The notes: generated from the sequence alone by a model not told the origin. A stretch of 64,000 bases of DNA from Candidatus Latescibacterota bacterium (GCA_965248355.1 OZ252098.1:3392001-3456000); one strand, 5' to 3'. Positions 52,141 through 62,620 are shown, numbered from the stretch's first letter. Program-made: numbers and translations.

Positions 52141-54606
52141 ATGCTGCGCAACCACTGGATCATCGCCTGGCGCACCTTGATGCGCCACCGCCTGCACACG
52201 GCCATCAACCTCGCCGGCCTCGGCCTGGGCATGGCCTTCTGCCTCCTCGCCTGGCGCTTCGCCTCCCAGGAGTGGTCCTTCGACCGCTTCCACGGCAAGG
52301 CGGACCGGATCCACCGCGCCTACGTGGAGATCACCTTGCCGGAGATGGGGCGGGTCGCCTCGGCCGACATGGTCGAGCTGGCCTTCGCTCCCGAGCTGGA
52401 GGCCCTCTCGCCGCTCGTGGAGCGCACCGTCCGCCTCAGCTCGGGGGACGGCAGCGACAAGAGCGACCGCTTCGTGCGCATGACCTTCGCGGGCGCCTCC
52501 AGCGACGAGCAGTTCCTCCTCGTCGATCCCGCCTTCTTCGAGGTCTTCGACTTCCCCCTGCTGCGGGGCGACGCGGCCACGGCCCTGGCCGGGCGCAACT
52601 CCGTCGTCCTGGGCCACGAGATGGCCCAACGCCTCTTCGGCGGCGCCGACCCGCTGGGGCAGAGCCCCACGCTGGATTCCATGTCCGGGCGGGGGGCCGA
52701 GGACTTCACCATCACCGGCGTGGCGGCACCGGTCCCGCGCACGTCGTCGATCCAGTTCAACATGCTGCTGCCCTTCGACAACACCGATTTCCTCTTCCGC
52801 GATTCACCCGATGAATGGGAAGGCACCTGCAACGCCTACGTCCTCCTGAAGCCCGGGGCGGACCCGGCCGACCTGGCGCCGGCCGTGGCGCAGCTCGGCC
52901 AGACCTGGCTGCGGATCCACGAGGACGACCTCCCCGCCGAGTTCCCGGAGGATGTCTCGCCCTATCGCCTGCAGCCGCTCACCGGCCTGCGCTCGGATAC
53001 CGGCCTGCTGCGATGGGTCGGGCACGGCGTCGTGGAGCCGAGGGACCCTTATGTCTCCTACATCCTCGGCAGCATCGCCGTCGCGGTCCTGCTCATGGGG
53101 TGCATCAACTTCGTCAACCTCGCCATCGGCCGGGCGTCGCTGCGGGCGGCGGAGGTGGGCGTTCGCAAGGCCGTCGGCGCCGGGCGCGGGCACCTGATGC
53201 GCCAGTTCGTCGGCGAGGCGGCGGTGCTCTCCGTCCTCGGGCTGGGGGCCGGGTGTCTCCTGGCGTGGCTGCTCCTGCCGGCCTTCAACGCCACCTTCTC
53301 GCAGGAGCTGTCCCTCGGTCTGACCCAGCCGGGGACCCTTGGCGCGCTGGCGGCGCTGCTGCTGCTCGTAACCCTCGGGGCTGGCTGGTACCCGGCCCTC
53401 GTGCTCTCCCGCCTGGCGCCGATGAGCGCCATCCGGCGCAGCCTGTCCACGGCCGGGATCACCCGCATCAGCCGCGTCCTCGTGGGGGTGCAACTGGCCA
53501 TCTCCGTGGCCCTGATCACCTGCACCCTGATCATGTACCACCAGCTCGACCACGTCATGGCCCGCGACATGGGGCTCGACCAGGAGCGCGTCATCGCGGT
53601 CCACACGGAGCCCGTCAACCACTTCGATCAGATCCGGCTCGTGGAGCCGATGCTGAACCACCACCGCATCGCCTCCATCACCCTGTCGGACGACGATTTC
53701 CTGCGCGACGAGTATCCATCCGACTACCGGGTCGTGACCCCGGAGGGCCGCGAGTCGAAGACCCGCCGGTACATGGTCGACTACCAGTTCGTTCGCACCA
53801 TGGGCCTTGAGGTGATCCGCGGCCGGGACTTCTCGCGGGCCAAGGGGGACAAGGAGAGCGTGGTGCTCGTCTCCGAGAGCGCCGTCGCCCCCCTCGGACT
53901 CGCCGATCCCGTGGGCGAGACGGTCGAACTGATGCGCGTCTCCCCCTCGGGCCGCAAGTCCCGGGGCCACTACCGCATCGTCGGCGTGGTTGAGGACTTC
54001 ACCTTCGAGTCGGGCTACGAGGAGAGCCCGCCGGGGCTGCTGGCCCTCCATCCGGGCCTGCCCGGCGAAGGCGAGCTCATGCTCGTTCGCGTCAAGCCCG
54101 GAGACCTGCAGGAGGTCCTGCAGCACCTGCGGCAGGCGTGGAGCGGCGTCGTCGACTACTCCGACTTCGACTTCTCCTTCCTGCAGCAGGACCTGGAGGC
54201 GGCCTACCGCGACGAGCTGCGCTGGCGCCGCGTCATCACCTGGGCCGCCGCCGGCGCCGTCCTCATCTCCGCCCTCGGCGCCTTCGCCCTCACCGCCCTC
54301 GCCGCCGGCCGCCGCACCAAGGAGATCGGCATCCGCAAGGCCCTCGGCGCCACCGTCCTCGGCCTCACCGCCCTCATGGCCCGCGAGTTCGCCTGGCTCG
54401 GCCTCGTCGGAGCCGCCGTGGCCTGCCCCCCCGCCTGGTGGTGGATGCGCGACTGGCTCGACGGCTTCGCCTTCCGCATCGACCTGTCCCCCTGGCACTT
54501 CGCCGCCGGGGCGGCGATCGCGTTGGCGGCGGTGCTGGTCAGCTCCTGCCACCAGGCCTGGAGGGCCGCCCGGGCGGATCCGGTGCACGCGTTGCGCTAC
54601 GAGTAG
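52141..54606 (+). CDS. MacB/FtsX-type ABC permease 4
   Basis: INLAGLGLG, EVGVRKAVGA, EIGIRKALGA, DPVHALRYE. Confidence 0.92.
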   Translation: MLRNHWIIAWRTLMRHRLHTAINLAGLGLGMAFCLLAWRFASQEWSFDRFHGKADRIHRAYVEITLPEMGRVASADMVELAFAPELEALSPLVERTVRLSSGDGSDKSDRFVRMTFAGASSDEQFLLVDPAFFEVFDFPLLRGDAATALAGRNSVVLGHEMAQRLFGGADPLGQSPTLDSMSGRGAEDFTITGVAAPVPRTSSIQFNMLLPFDNTDFLFRDSPDEWEGTCNAYVLLKPGADPADLAPAVAQLGQTWLRIHEDDLPAEFPEDVSPYRLQPLTGLRSDTGLLRWVGHGVVEPRDPYVSYILGSIAVAVLLMGCINFVNLAIGRASLRAAEVGVRKAVGAGRGHLMRQFVGEAAVLSVLGLGAGCLLAWLLLPAFNATFSQELSLGLTQPGTLGALAALLLLVTLGAGWYPALVLSRLAPMSAIRRSLSTAGITRISRVLVGVQLAISVALITCTLIMYHQLDHVMARDMGLDQERVIAVHTEPVNHFDQIRLVEPMLNHHRIASITLSDDDFLRDEYPSDYRVVTPEGRESKTRRYMVDYQFVRTMGLEVIRGRDFSRAKGDKESVVLVSESAVAPLGLADPVGETVELMRVSPSGRKSRGHYRIVGVVEDFTFESGYEESPPGLLALHPGLPGEGELMLVRVKPGDLQEVLQHLRQAWSGVVDYSDFDFSFLQQDLEAAYRDELRWRRVITWAAAGAVLISALGAFALTALAAGRRTKEIGIRKALGATVLGLTALMAREFAWLGLVGAAVACPPAWWWMRDWLDGFAFRIDLSPWHFAAGAAIALAAVLVSSCHQAWRAARADPVHALRYE

Positions 54607-54640
54607 GCGGATCTCAACGGGGGCGGTACACGAGCGCGCC

Positions 54641-55453
54641 TCAGGGCTCCCTGCCCAGGACGAGCTCCAGGTTCTCCCGGGTCATCAGATCGGTCTCGGC
54701 GCCCGGCTCGAGGAAGGGGCCCACGTCGGTCTTCAGGCGATCCCAGTCCACGGTGCGCAGCCGGCAGCGGACGATCCGCCGCCAGGTGTGTCGTGCTGGA
54801 CGGTCTCCCTTCCATCCGCTCTGCTGCAGGGCGTTGTCGAGCAAGACGAGGTTGGGCGCCGGCCAGTCGGGATCGCTCAGGTACCAGAGCAGGTCGTAGA
54901 AGTCGCGGCCCTTGGGCCAGGGCCGCTGCAGCACGGCGTGCAGCTGGCCCGCCAACAGCGAAGCCCGGTCGTGGTGCTGCAGCCGAAGGGTGACGTGGCG
55001 GCGGATGAGCGTGGTGCCCAGGCCCGCCCCGGAAGGCGGCCGGGTGTCGACCTCGACGCGAATGGAGAGCACTTCCTCCGGATGCGGTGAAAGCCCCAGC
55101 TCGTGCAGCAAGCCGGCGAAGCGGACCAGGCCGGAGTGCACCACCCTCCTGTCGTTCACCCTCAACTCCACGACGTAACCCTCCGCAGCCAGCTCGGCCC
55201 GGAGGCTCCGCAGAAGAGCCCGTAGATCGTAGGGGGCTTCCGGCCGCTCCAGAGCGAAGTCCAGGTCCTCGGAATAGCGCGGGATGGAGTAGAGGAAGCG
55301 GAGGCAGGTGCCGCCCTGGAAGGCGAGCGGGATCATGGCCCCGGCGCGTTGCAGGCCCCCGAGGATGCGAGCCTGCAGGTACTCCCGGACCAGGTTGCGG
55401 CCGTGGATTGCGGTCCGGGCGCCTGACACCCGCTGGGCGAGGTAGTCCTTCAC
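54641..55453 (-). CDS. AbiEii-family nucleotidyltransferase toxin (type IV TA)
   Basis: FQGGTCLR..Y...RYSEDLDF, KGRDFYDL; GTG start overlaps the antitoxin stop. Confidence 0.9.
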   Translation of the reverse strand: MKDYLAQRVSGARTAIHGRNLVREYLQARILGGLQRAGAMIPLAFQGGTCLRFLYSIPRYSEDLDFALERPEAPYDLRALLRSLRAELAAEGYVVELRVNDRRVVHSGLVRFAGLLHELGLSPHPEEVLSIRVEVDTRPPSGAGLGTTLIRRHVTLRLQHHDRASLLAGQLHAVLQRPWPKGRDFYDLLWYLSDPDWPAPNLVLLDNALQQSGWKGDRPARHTWRRIVRCRLRTVDWDRLKTDVGPFLEPGAETDLMTRENLELVLGREP

Positions 55454-56091
55454 AGCGTCTCGTACTCCCGCGCTTCGGCCTCGATCAGGGAGACCAGGTT
55501 CCGGGCCGCGCGCATCAGTTTCGGGCTGCCGGAGCGCCGGGCCAGGCGCTTCAGCTCGGCTGCATCGAGGAGATCGAGATTCCGCAGGCGCAACCCGTGC
55601 AGGTAGGACAGCCCGTCGCCCCCTGGTTGCAGGTGGACCAGGTCCAGCAGAGCCTTTTCCGGACTGGCCACGAAGGCCTGCTGGCCGTCTCCTGCATCGA
55701 CCGCCCGGTAGCCGTACAGAAGGGCGGGGCTGAGATGGCGGAACTCGCACCGGCCCAGGGGGGTATCCCAGCGGTTGGGCCTTCCGGTGCTAACGCTGGT
55801 GATCACCGGACTGAACTCCGGGATCAAGTGGTGGTGGGTCAGGGCCGCCTGGCAACTCACGTAGGAACCGCGCACCAGGCGATTGGCTACCAGGAAGGGA
55901 TGGGGTCTCGTCTTCTGAAAGGGCGGTGCCAGGGCGTACAGTCCGCGGCGCAGCTGGTAGAGGTGCCCGGCCCGGGTCCAGCGCGACAATTGGCGCCGCA
56001 CATCCGCCGGATCGACGGCGCCGGAGAGCAGCAAGCCGGTCTCAAAGACCGGTTCCTCGCCGACGATCTCGAGCAATTGGGGGAATTTCAT
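55450..56091 (-). CDS. AbiEi-family antitoxin / transcriptional regulator
   Basis: wHTH QLSRW...LRRGLY, SYVS..AL..H.LIPE, ASPEKALLD. Confidence 0.88.
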   Translation of the reverse strand: MKFPQLLEIVGEEPVFETGLLLSGAVDPADVRRQLSRWTRAGHLYQLRRGLYALAPPFQKTRPHPFLVANRLVRGSYVSCQAALTHHHLIPEFSPVITSVSTGRPNRWDTPLGRCEFRHLSPALLYGYRAVDAGDGQQAFVASPEKALLDLVHLQPGGDGLSYLHGLRLRNLDLLDAAELKRLARRSGSPKLMRAARNLVSLIEAEAREYETL

Positions 56092-56126
56092 AGCAATATA
56101 ATGCCATGATTGCCCTATTATGGCAA
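56092..56126 (-). promoter_or_regulatory. Sigma70-like promoter for a leaderless abiE transcript, overlapped by a palindrome
   Basis: Minus strand TTGCCA-17 nt-CATTAT-6 nt-ATG, no RBS; palindrome TTGCC-N7-GGCAA at 56110-56126. Confidence 0.55.
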
Positions 56127-56293
56127 CAGATCAGACCGCATCATCCATCCAGGAACGGGGGATCTGAGTCGCCTGTCGCACCGGGAACCCTCGCCTCCCG
56201 ACGGTGTCTTGACGCTATGACCCTCGGGGCATTGTACCGGAGCCTCCGGCGGCCCCCCGCCAAATCGCCCGATCATCGAAGGATTTCATTCAC

Positions 56294-56770
56294 ATGCACA
56301 TCAGGCAACCCGTAAAGATCCTGACCTCGGTACTCTTGCTGATCGCCTTGCCCGGGTGCGGCGGCGAGGACCCGGTCTCCGAGCCGCAACAGAGGGACCA
56401 TGTCTGGCCGGTCGATCAGAACGGGATCGAGGTCCCCGTCCCCGGCATCTGGGTCCTCGTGGACCACACGAACCCGAACTCCACCTCCACCATCGGCGAG
56501 AGCTTCGTCCTGCCCGCGGACCCGCCGCACCGCGCCCAGACTTCCGATGGAACCTACACCGATGGCGAAGGGATCCTGTGGACGAAGGTGAGGATCACCT
56601 CACACGACGGTGACCCGTGGCAGTTCCTGGAACGCGTGGACACCGGCGTTTCACCCCACCGGCTCCATGTTGTCGTGAAGACCGATGACGACGGTCTGCC
56701 CGTGTTGGAGTATGGCGAATACCCCTTCGACCTGCCCCTGCACAACGTCCAGATCTGGGAGAAGCAGTAA
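56294..56770 (+). CDS. Hypothetical lipoprotein
   Basis: Lipobox LPGC after a hydrophobic stretch; coding-like codon usage. Confidence 0.65.
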   Translation: MHIRQPVKILTSVLLLIALPGCGGEDPVSEPQQRDHVWPVDQNGIEVPVPGIWVLVDHTNPNSTSTIGESFVLPADPPHRAQTSDGTYTDGEGILWTKVRITSHDGDPWQFLERVDTGVSPHRLHVVVKTDDDGLPVLEYGEYPFDLPLHNVQIWEKQ

Positions 56771-56813
56771 GGGCGGGAGCAGGTTAAGCTGATCCGGTCA
56801 TTCCCGGGCGCCC

Positions 56814-57590
56814 TTGCGAACCCCCCTGTCGACCGCGCGACTCACGGCGCTCGCCGGCGTGCTGTTGGCATGCTCAGGTACCGCGTGGGGCGAAGAGGCC
56901 GCCTTGATCGACTCGCTGCTGCGCTCGAATCCCGTCTGCGCACGCGTGCTGGCCGAGGCGGATCGGCATGAGCTCCAGATCCTCTACACCCAGATCGACC
57001 GCGACGCCGACAACCAACCCCGCTTCACCCGCCACGAGTACCGCGTCGATCCGGCCGCCTGCTTCTACCCCGCCAGCGCCATCAAGCTGGCCGGCGCGCT
57101 GCTGGCGCTCGAGAAGCTCCACCAGCTCGGACTGTCGCGGGACGAGGCGGTCCGCATCGACAACGCCTTCAGCGGCCAGACGCCCGTGCGCGAAGACTCG
57201 ACCGCACCCGGCGGGCGGCCCACGGTCGCCCACTACATCCGCAAGCAACCGGCTCTACGAGTTCGTCGGCCAGCAGCACATGAACGAGGGCCTGTGGGAG
57301 AAGGCATACCGCGACGTGCGGCTGACCCACCGGCTCGCGGTGCCCCGCTCATCGACGCAGAACCGTCACACCAATCCCTTCACCATCTACCGCGGAGATC
57401 AGGTCCTCCACCGGCAAGGAGCGGCGCTTCGACCTGGAGGCCGGCGACTACGCCTTCCTCCGCCGCGCCATGTCCATGCTGCCCCGGGAGTGCCCGCATC
57501 CGCGATACGACCCGGAGACCTGGTACGACAGCTACGCCAAGTTCTTCCTCTTCGGTGACAGCAAGGCTCCCATGCCCGAAGAATCCCTCA
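56814..57590 (+). pseudogene. Class A beta-lactamase-like serine hydrolase, fragmented
   Basis: YTQIDRD, FYPASAIKL (SxxK), then frame changes: NRLYEFVGQ...RHTNP, and ERFDL..DYAFLRRAMSMLPRE...YAKFFLFG. SDN segment and C-terminus missing. Confidence 0.75.
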
Positions 57591-58076
57591 GCGCCTCTCC
57601 TGCAGACCGTGCCAGTTCCCGCCTTCGAACCAGCCCATGAAGTAGAGGCGGTCCTCCTCGTCGGCGATCGCCTCGCCGGAGATCCGCGCCTCCTCCCTGA
57701 CCCGACGGGCTGCTTCGATCTCTCCGCTGGCCGCGCAGGCTCGGGCGAGCGCGTCACAGGCGAAGGCCAGGTCCCAGTCGGCCATCTGGTCGGCGTGTGC
57801 CTCCACCAGCTCCAGGTAGCGGCTGGCGTGACGCAGGGCTGCCTCTCCAAGCCCCGCGGCCGCATAGACGCTGGCCACGGCGAACTCCCCCCGCCCGTGA
57901 TTGGCAGCGGTGCCGACCTGCATCCAGTGATGACAGCTGGCGTGAGCGGCGTGGATGAATGACTCGCCCGTCTCCGCGGTCACCCGTCCGGCCTCCAGTG
58001 CGTCCATGATGCGGTTGTTCAGCTCGATGCCGAACCAGCGGTGAGCGCTGTCCAGATCGAAGGGTGGTTCAGCCAT
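57588..58076 (-). CDS. Hypothetical helical protein
   Basis: AHRWFGIELNN, AHASCHHW, WDLAFACDALARA; 3 nt downstream of the TPR gene. Confidence 0.75.
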   Translation of the reverse strand: MAEPPFDLDSAHRWFGIELNNRIMDALEAGRVTAETGESFIHAAHASCHHWMQVGTAANHGRGEFAVASVYAAAGLGEAALRHASRYLELVEAHADQMADWDLAFACDALARACAASGEIEAARRVREEARISGEAIADEEDRLYFMGWFEGGNWHGLQERR

Positions 58077-58079
58077 GCC

Positions 58080-60344
58080 TCACAGCTCCGGCCAATGGGT
58101 TTCGAGTATCTCCCGTGCCGCCTCCATCTGGATGCCCCGGGCGATGAGACTCCGGAGCCCTTCCACCGCGCCGGACTCCTCCGCGGCGGCCCTGCCGAAC
58201 CGCGCCACCCCCTCCGCATACAGCCTCTCCGCTTCCTCCACCTGCCCCTGCGCCAGCAGGGCCAACCCCAGACCGAAGTGCGCGCGGTGGTTGTCCGCGT
58301 CCTTCTCCAGAGATTGACGGAAGGCCCTGGCGGCCTCTTCGGCTCGTCCGCCGTCCAACAGATCCATGCCCATCCGGGTGGCCCCCGCGCTGCTAACCTC
58401 GCCGTACTCCCCATCCAGAAGATGACCATAGATCTTGAAGACCGTCTCGGCTTGCACCTCCGTGGCGGAACCGTCCTTCAGGGCCCGGTGGCAGAGGGCA
58501 ATCGCTTCTTCTGCTCTCCCTGAAACCAACAGAGCAAACGACGCCGTTACCTGCAATCCACTGGGTGCCTCGGGATTCCGCTCCACCGCCTCGAAAGCGG
58601 CCATCACGGCCTCGCCCTGCCGCCCTGCGGAGGCCAGGGCGGTGACGAGGTTCTCGGAGGTCCTCACTCTGTTCGGATCGAATTCCAAGGCGCGCCGATA
58701 AGCGAGGATGGCCCTGTCCAGGTTCTCCAGGGTCACCAATCCCGTGCCCAGGTTCAGCCCCGTGTTGTTATAGAATGCGGCGATCTGGCGCTTCGCAGCC
58801 TGGATGATCTCCCGGTCGCGAAAAGTGATCTGCTTCCCCGAACCCGATGCTACCGACAACGGCGCTTCCCCGCTCTTGAAGGCCTCGAGCTGCTCCCGCG
58901 CCCGTCCCGAGAGCAGGGAATCCGGTTTCATCCAGTCCAGTGCCAGCCTGTACAAATTCAGATCAAGGTTCTCCGGGAACATCACCAAAGCCTCGTGGAG
59001 CACGGCCTCCTCTGCCTCTGCCTCTCCCATGCCCGTGCCCATGTAGCAGATGCGCTCGTACGCATCCTCCAGGTCGAGCACATCCCGCCCCTGTTCGATG
59101 GCGCGCCTCAACTGCTCCACCCCGGTCTCTATGTCTCCCCGGGAGACATAGTTCCGGCCCGAGGCATACAGGGAGACGGCTTCGACCTCCTTAAGATGGG
59201 AATAGCTGCTGAGGAGGATGGTGGCGAGGAGAGTGGGGTACAGGTATCGGCCCCATGCCCTGAGTCCCCGGCTCGCCTCCTCCAGGCCCCAGGCCAGCAG
59301 AAGAGACGTGCCCGCCGTGGCAGGGTAGAGATAGCGCGAAGGTCCCTCTGGTCTGCCGAGGATCAGCGTGTCATTCAGCGGTAAGAAGGGAAGAAGCGAG
59401 AGCAGTATCCAGACCGACCACAAGGACCCAGGAAGGCGGCTCCAGTACACCAGTACTCCGAGACCTGCAAGCACGCCGGCACCGGCAAAGAGCTCCCAAG
59501 TCCCCAATTCGTACACCGGAATGGGCAGCCAGTGCGCGGTTGTAAGCAGCCGGCTCAATAACCAGAGCAGAAGCCGCCCAGTGCCAAGAACGAGACCAAA
59601 GGGATCGTCTCCCATGAACTGGTCAATGGCACGCCAGGTACTATTCTCCTTGGGAGTGAGAGCAACAATCACAACCAACTCCAGGACCACCACGGGGAGC
59701 AGGGGCAAGAGTGGGCGTAGCGAGGCTCCGAGGTCATGGTTCCTCAGCCACGACCAGTAGAGACAGAACGGCCACAGAAAGGCCATCGCCGAGAGAGCCG
59801 CAATGCTGAGGACAAGCCCGCCGGAGAATCCCCACAACCACCGGGATCTCCTATGGTCGAGATAGTGTTGATAGCACAGCAGGGCTCCCAGTCCGCAGCT
59901 TAGGGCAAGTGGAAACTCAATGGCCGCTATCCAATGAACCGCGCGAAAGTGGGCCACATTGACTAGGAATAACAGCCCGCCCACAAGGCTCATGCGCGGC
60001 GCTATCCCTTGGCGCCAGAACAGGGCTGCCAGGAGGAGAGCTGCAAGAGTGTGAAAGGTGACGACCAGCAGGTGAAAGAATCCTGGGTCGTTGCCCCAGA
60101 TCAGATAGCCAACCAGCTTGATCAGCTCGGCGAAGGGCCGCCCGCCAGGCTGTTGTTTCTCGGAGGAGAAGAAGAAGGAGAAGTCATCGGCCATGCGGAT
60201 GTTGTCCCGGAGGGCCTCATGGTCGTCCATATCTAGCAGATGATCCCTCAGGCTACCGAAGCAGAGGGCCGACAGCAGGCACATTACAACGACGTAACCC
60301 GGCCACAGCAGACGCTGATTGCCCAGAAACCGCGGCTTAGCCAT
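58080..60344 (-). CDS. Multi-pass membrane protein with TPRs (TMTC/GT-C-like), copy A
   Basis: DMDD, GRPF, FHLL...H, LLFLVN, RYLY in the TM region; C-terminal TPRs. Confidence 0.8.
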   Translation of the reverse strand: MAKPRFLGNQRLLWPGYVVVMCLLSALCFGSLRDHLLDMDDHEALRDNIRMADDFSFFFSSEKQQPGGRPFAELIKLVGYLIWGNDPGFFHLLVVTFHTLAALLLAALFWRQGIAPRMSLVGGLLFLVNVAHFRAVHWIAAIEFPLALSCGLGALLCYQHYLDHRRSRWLWGFSGGLVLSIAALSAMAFLWPFCLYWSWLRNHDLGASLRPLLPLLPVVVLELVVIVALTPKENSTWRAIDQFMGDDPFGLVLGTGRLLLWLLSRLLTTAHWLPIPVYELGTWELFAGAGVLAGLGVLVYWSRLPGSLWSVWILLSLLPFLPLNDTLILGRPEGPSRYLYPATAGTSLLLAWGLEEASRGLRAWGRYLYPTLLATILLSSYSHLKEVEAVSLYASGRNYVSRGDIETGVEQLRRAIEQGRDVLDLEDAYERICYMGTGMGEAEAEEAVLHEALVMFPENLDLNLYRLALDWMKPDSLLSGRAREQLEAFKSGEAPLSVASGSGKQITFRDREIIQAAKRQIAAFYNNTGLNLGTGLVTLENLDRAILAYRRALEFDPNRVRTSENLVTALASAGRQGEAVMAAFEAVERNPEAPSGLQVTASFALLVSGRAEEAIALCHRALKDGSATEVQAETVFKIYGHLLDGEYGEVSSAGATRMGMDLLDGGRAEEAARAFRQSLEKDADNHRAHFGLGLALLAQGQVEEAERLYAEGVARFGRAAAEESGAVEGLRSLIARGIQMEAAREILETHWPEL

Positions 60345-60347
60345 GCC

Positions 60348-62615
60348 TCACAGCTCCGGCCAATGGGTCGCGAGTATCTCCCGTGCCGCCTCCACCTGGA
60401 TGCCCCGAGCGATGAGATTCCGGATTCCTTCCACCGCGCCGGACTCTTTCGCCGCGGCCCCGCCGAACCGAGCCACCCCCTCCGCATAGAGCCCTTCCGC
60501 TTCCTCCACCTGCCCCTGCGCCAGCAGGGCCAGCCCCAGACCGAATTGGGCGCGATGGTTGTCCGCGTTTTCTGCAAGGGCCTGGCGAAAAGCCCTGACC
60601 GCCTCTTCGGCTCGGCCGCCATTCAACAAATCCATGCCCATTCGGACGCAGGCCGAACTGCTGACCTCTCCGTATGCGCCTTTCAGAAGGTCGCCATAGA
60701 CCTGAAGGACCGTTTCCCTCTGGGCCTCCGTGACATCATCTCCTTGCAGAGCTTGGTGGCTCAAGACGGTCCCTTCTTCCGCCCTGCCCCAAGCTACCAG
60801 AGCGAAGGACGCCGCCAGCTGCAATCCAATCGGTGCATGGGGATTCCGCTCGACCGCCTCGAGAGCGGCCTGCAGGGCTTCCGTCTCCCGACCTGCGGAG
60901 ATCAGAGCGCTTACGAGACTCTCGGATGTCGCGGTCCTGTCCGGGTCGAACTCCAGCGAGAGTCGTAATGCGGGAATTGCCCTCTCCAGATCATCCAAGC
61001 CCATTCCCGCTCCCAGATTGATTGCGACATTGTGATAGAATGCGGCGATGTCCCGCCTTGCCGCCTGGATGTTCTCCTGGTCGGTCAAGACGATGGGACT
61101 CCTCCAGCCCACCCCTATCGATACCCTGGATTCTCCGGCCCTGAACGCCTCGAGCTGCTCCCGCGCCCGTCTCGAGAGCACGGAGTCCGGCTTCAGCGAG
61201 TCGAAGGCCAGCTTGTAGATGGTCAACTGGGGGCTCGTTGGAAAGGCTGCCAGGGCCTCGTCGAGAATGCCCTCCGTTCCCTCTCGCCCCATGCCCATGT
61301 AGCATATGCGCTCGTACGCATCCTCCAGGTCGATCGCATCCCGCCCTTGGGCGATAGCCCGCTTTAGTTGCTCGACCCCTGTTTCCGAGTCGCCGCGAGC
61401 GATGTAATTCCTGCCCGAGGAGTAGAGAGAAATGGCTTCGGAGCGCTTCAGGTAGAAGTAACTGCTGATGCAGATGCCCGCTAGAACTGTTGCGTAGAAA
61501 TATGATCTGCCATTCCTGAGACGTTGCGCCATCGCCTCCAGACCCAAAGCCAGCAGAACGGATGTGCCGGCCGTGGCCATGTACAGATAACGCGAAAAGG
61601 TCCAGGGTCGTTCAAAAAGAATGGGGTCGTGTATCAACACAAAGGGTAGCACGAACAGAAGGACCCAGAATGACCACACCGAAGCCGGGGACCGCTTCCA
61701 CCACATCAGCAGTGCCAGACCCCCCAAAGTAGCGGCGCCGGCGAAAGGCGCCCACGAGTGCCATTTGTAGAAGGGCATGGGCAACCAGTGGGCTGTCGTC
61801 GGCAACCGACTCAATAGCAGCAGCAGAATCCTTCCCATGGTGACAGGGGCAGAATCGCCTTCCGAGAAGACCTCCACGGCCTTCCAGGTGCTGGTATCCC
61901 TGGAGGTGATGAAGAAGAGGAAGGCCAACTCGATGGCGATCAGACCGACCAGCGGGAGAAGGGAACGAAGCATAGCCTTTGGATCGTACCCCCTGACCCA
62001 GGACCAGTAGAAGCAGAACGGAAGCACAACCACGACCGACATATGTGCCATGGGGCCAACGATCAGTCCTGTGTAGAAGCCCGCTAGCCAATACAGCCTT
62101 GAAGTGGACAGGTAGCGCAGGTAAGCGAGGATTGCACCCAGCCCGCAGCCCAGAGCCAGAGGGTAGTCAAGGGCGGAGATGTGGTGGATGACTTCAAAAT
62201 GGGTGACGTTGACCAAAAAGAGCAGACCGCTCACAAGCCCCGTTGCCAGACTCGTTCCCATGCGCCAAGCCGCCAGCCCCAACAGGACAGCGGCCAGACC
62301 ATGGGCGGCGACGACAAGCAGGTGGAAGAAGCCGGGGTCGTTGCCGCCAGCCAGGTAGGCGAGGAACTTCACGAGTTCTGCAAAGGGACGCCCCGACGCG
62401 TGTCGCTTCTCCAGGGAGAAGAAGTAGGAGAAATCCTCACTGATCGCCTCGTTGTCGTGGAAGGTCTCGCGGTCGTGCATATTGAGCCCGTGATCCTTCA
62501 GGCTGCTGAAATAGATGGCCGACAACAGGCACATCACGAGGATGTAACCCGGCCAGAGTAGGCGCCTGTCCTGCAGGAACGAGAGGATGCTCACTTTCGC
62601 AAAACCTGTTGTCAC
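60348..62615 (-). CDS. Multi-pass membrane protein with TPRs (TMTC/GT-C-like), copy B
   Basis: Collinear paralog of copy A. Confidence 0.8.
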   Translation of the reverse strand: MTTGFAKVSILSFLQDRRLLWPGYILVMCLLSAIYFSSLKDHGLNMHDRETFHDNEAISEDFSYFFSLEKRHASGRPFAELVKFLAYLAGGNDPGFFHLLVVAAHGLAAVLLGLAAWRMGTSLATGLVSGLLFLVNVTHFEVIHHISALDYPLALGCGLGAILAYLRYLSTSRLYWLAGFYTGLIVGPMAHMSVVVVLPFCFYWSWVRGYDPKAMLRSLLPLVGLIAIELAFLFFITSRDTSTWKAVEVFSEGDSAPVTMGRILLLLLSRLPTTAHWLPMPFYKWHSWAPFAGAATLGGLALLMWWKRSPASVWSFWVLLFVLPFVLIHDPILFERPWTFSRYLYMATAGTSVLLALGLEAMAQRLRNGRSYFYATVLAGICISSYFYLKRSEAISLYSSGRNYIARGDSETGVEQLKRAIAQGRDAIDLEDAYERICYMGMGREGTEGILDEALAAFPTSPQLTIYKLAFDSLKPDSVLSRRAREQLEAFRAGESRVSIGVGWRSPIVLTDQENIQAARRDIAAFYHNVAINLGAGMGLDDLERAIPALRLSLEFDPDRTATSESLVSALISAGRETEALQAALEAVERNPHAPIGLQLAASFALVAWGRAEEGTVLSHQALQGDDVTEAQRETVLQVYGDLLKGAYGEVSSSACVRMGMDLLNGGRAEEAVRAFRQALAENADNHRAQFGLGLALLAQGQVEEAEGLYAEGVARFGGAAAKESGAVEGIRNLIARGIQVEAAREILATHWPEL

Positions 62616-62620
62616 CGCGT

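Noticed and set aside
54180..54500. Low-complexity CGCC-rich stretch
   Set aside because: Explained by C-ending Ala/Leu/Gly codons in TM helices of permease 4.
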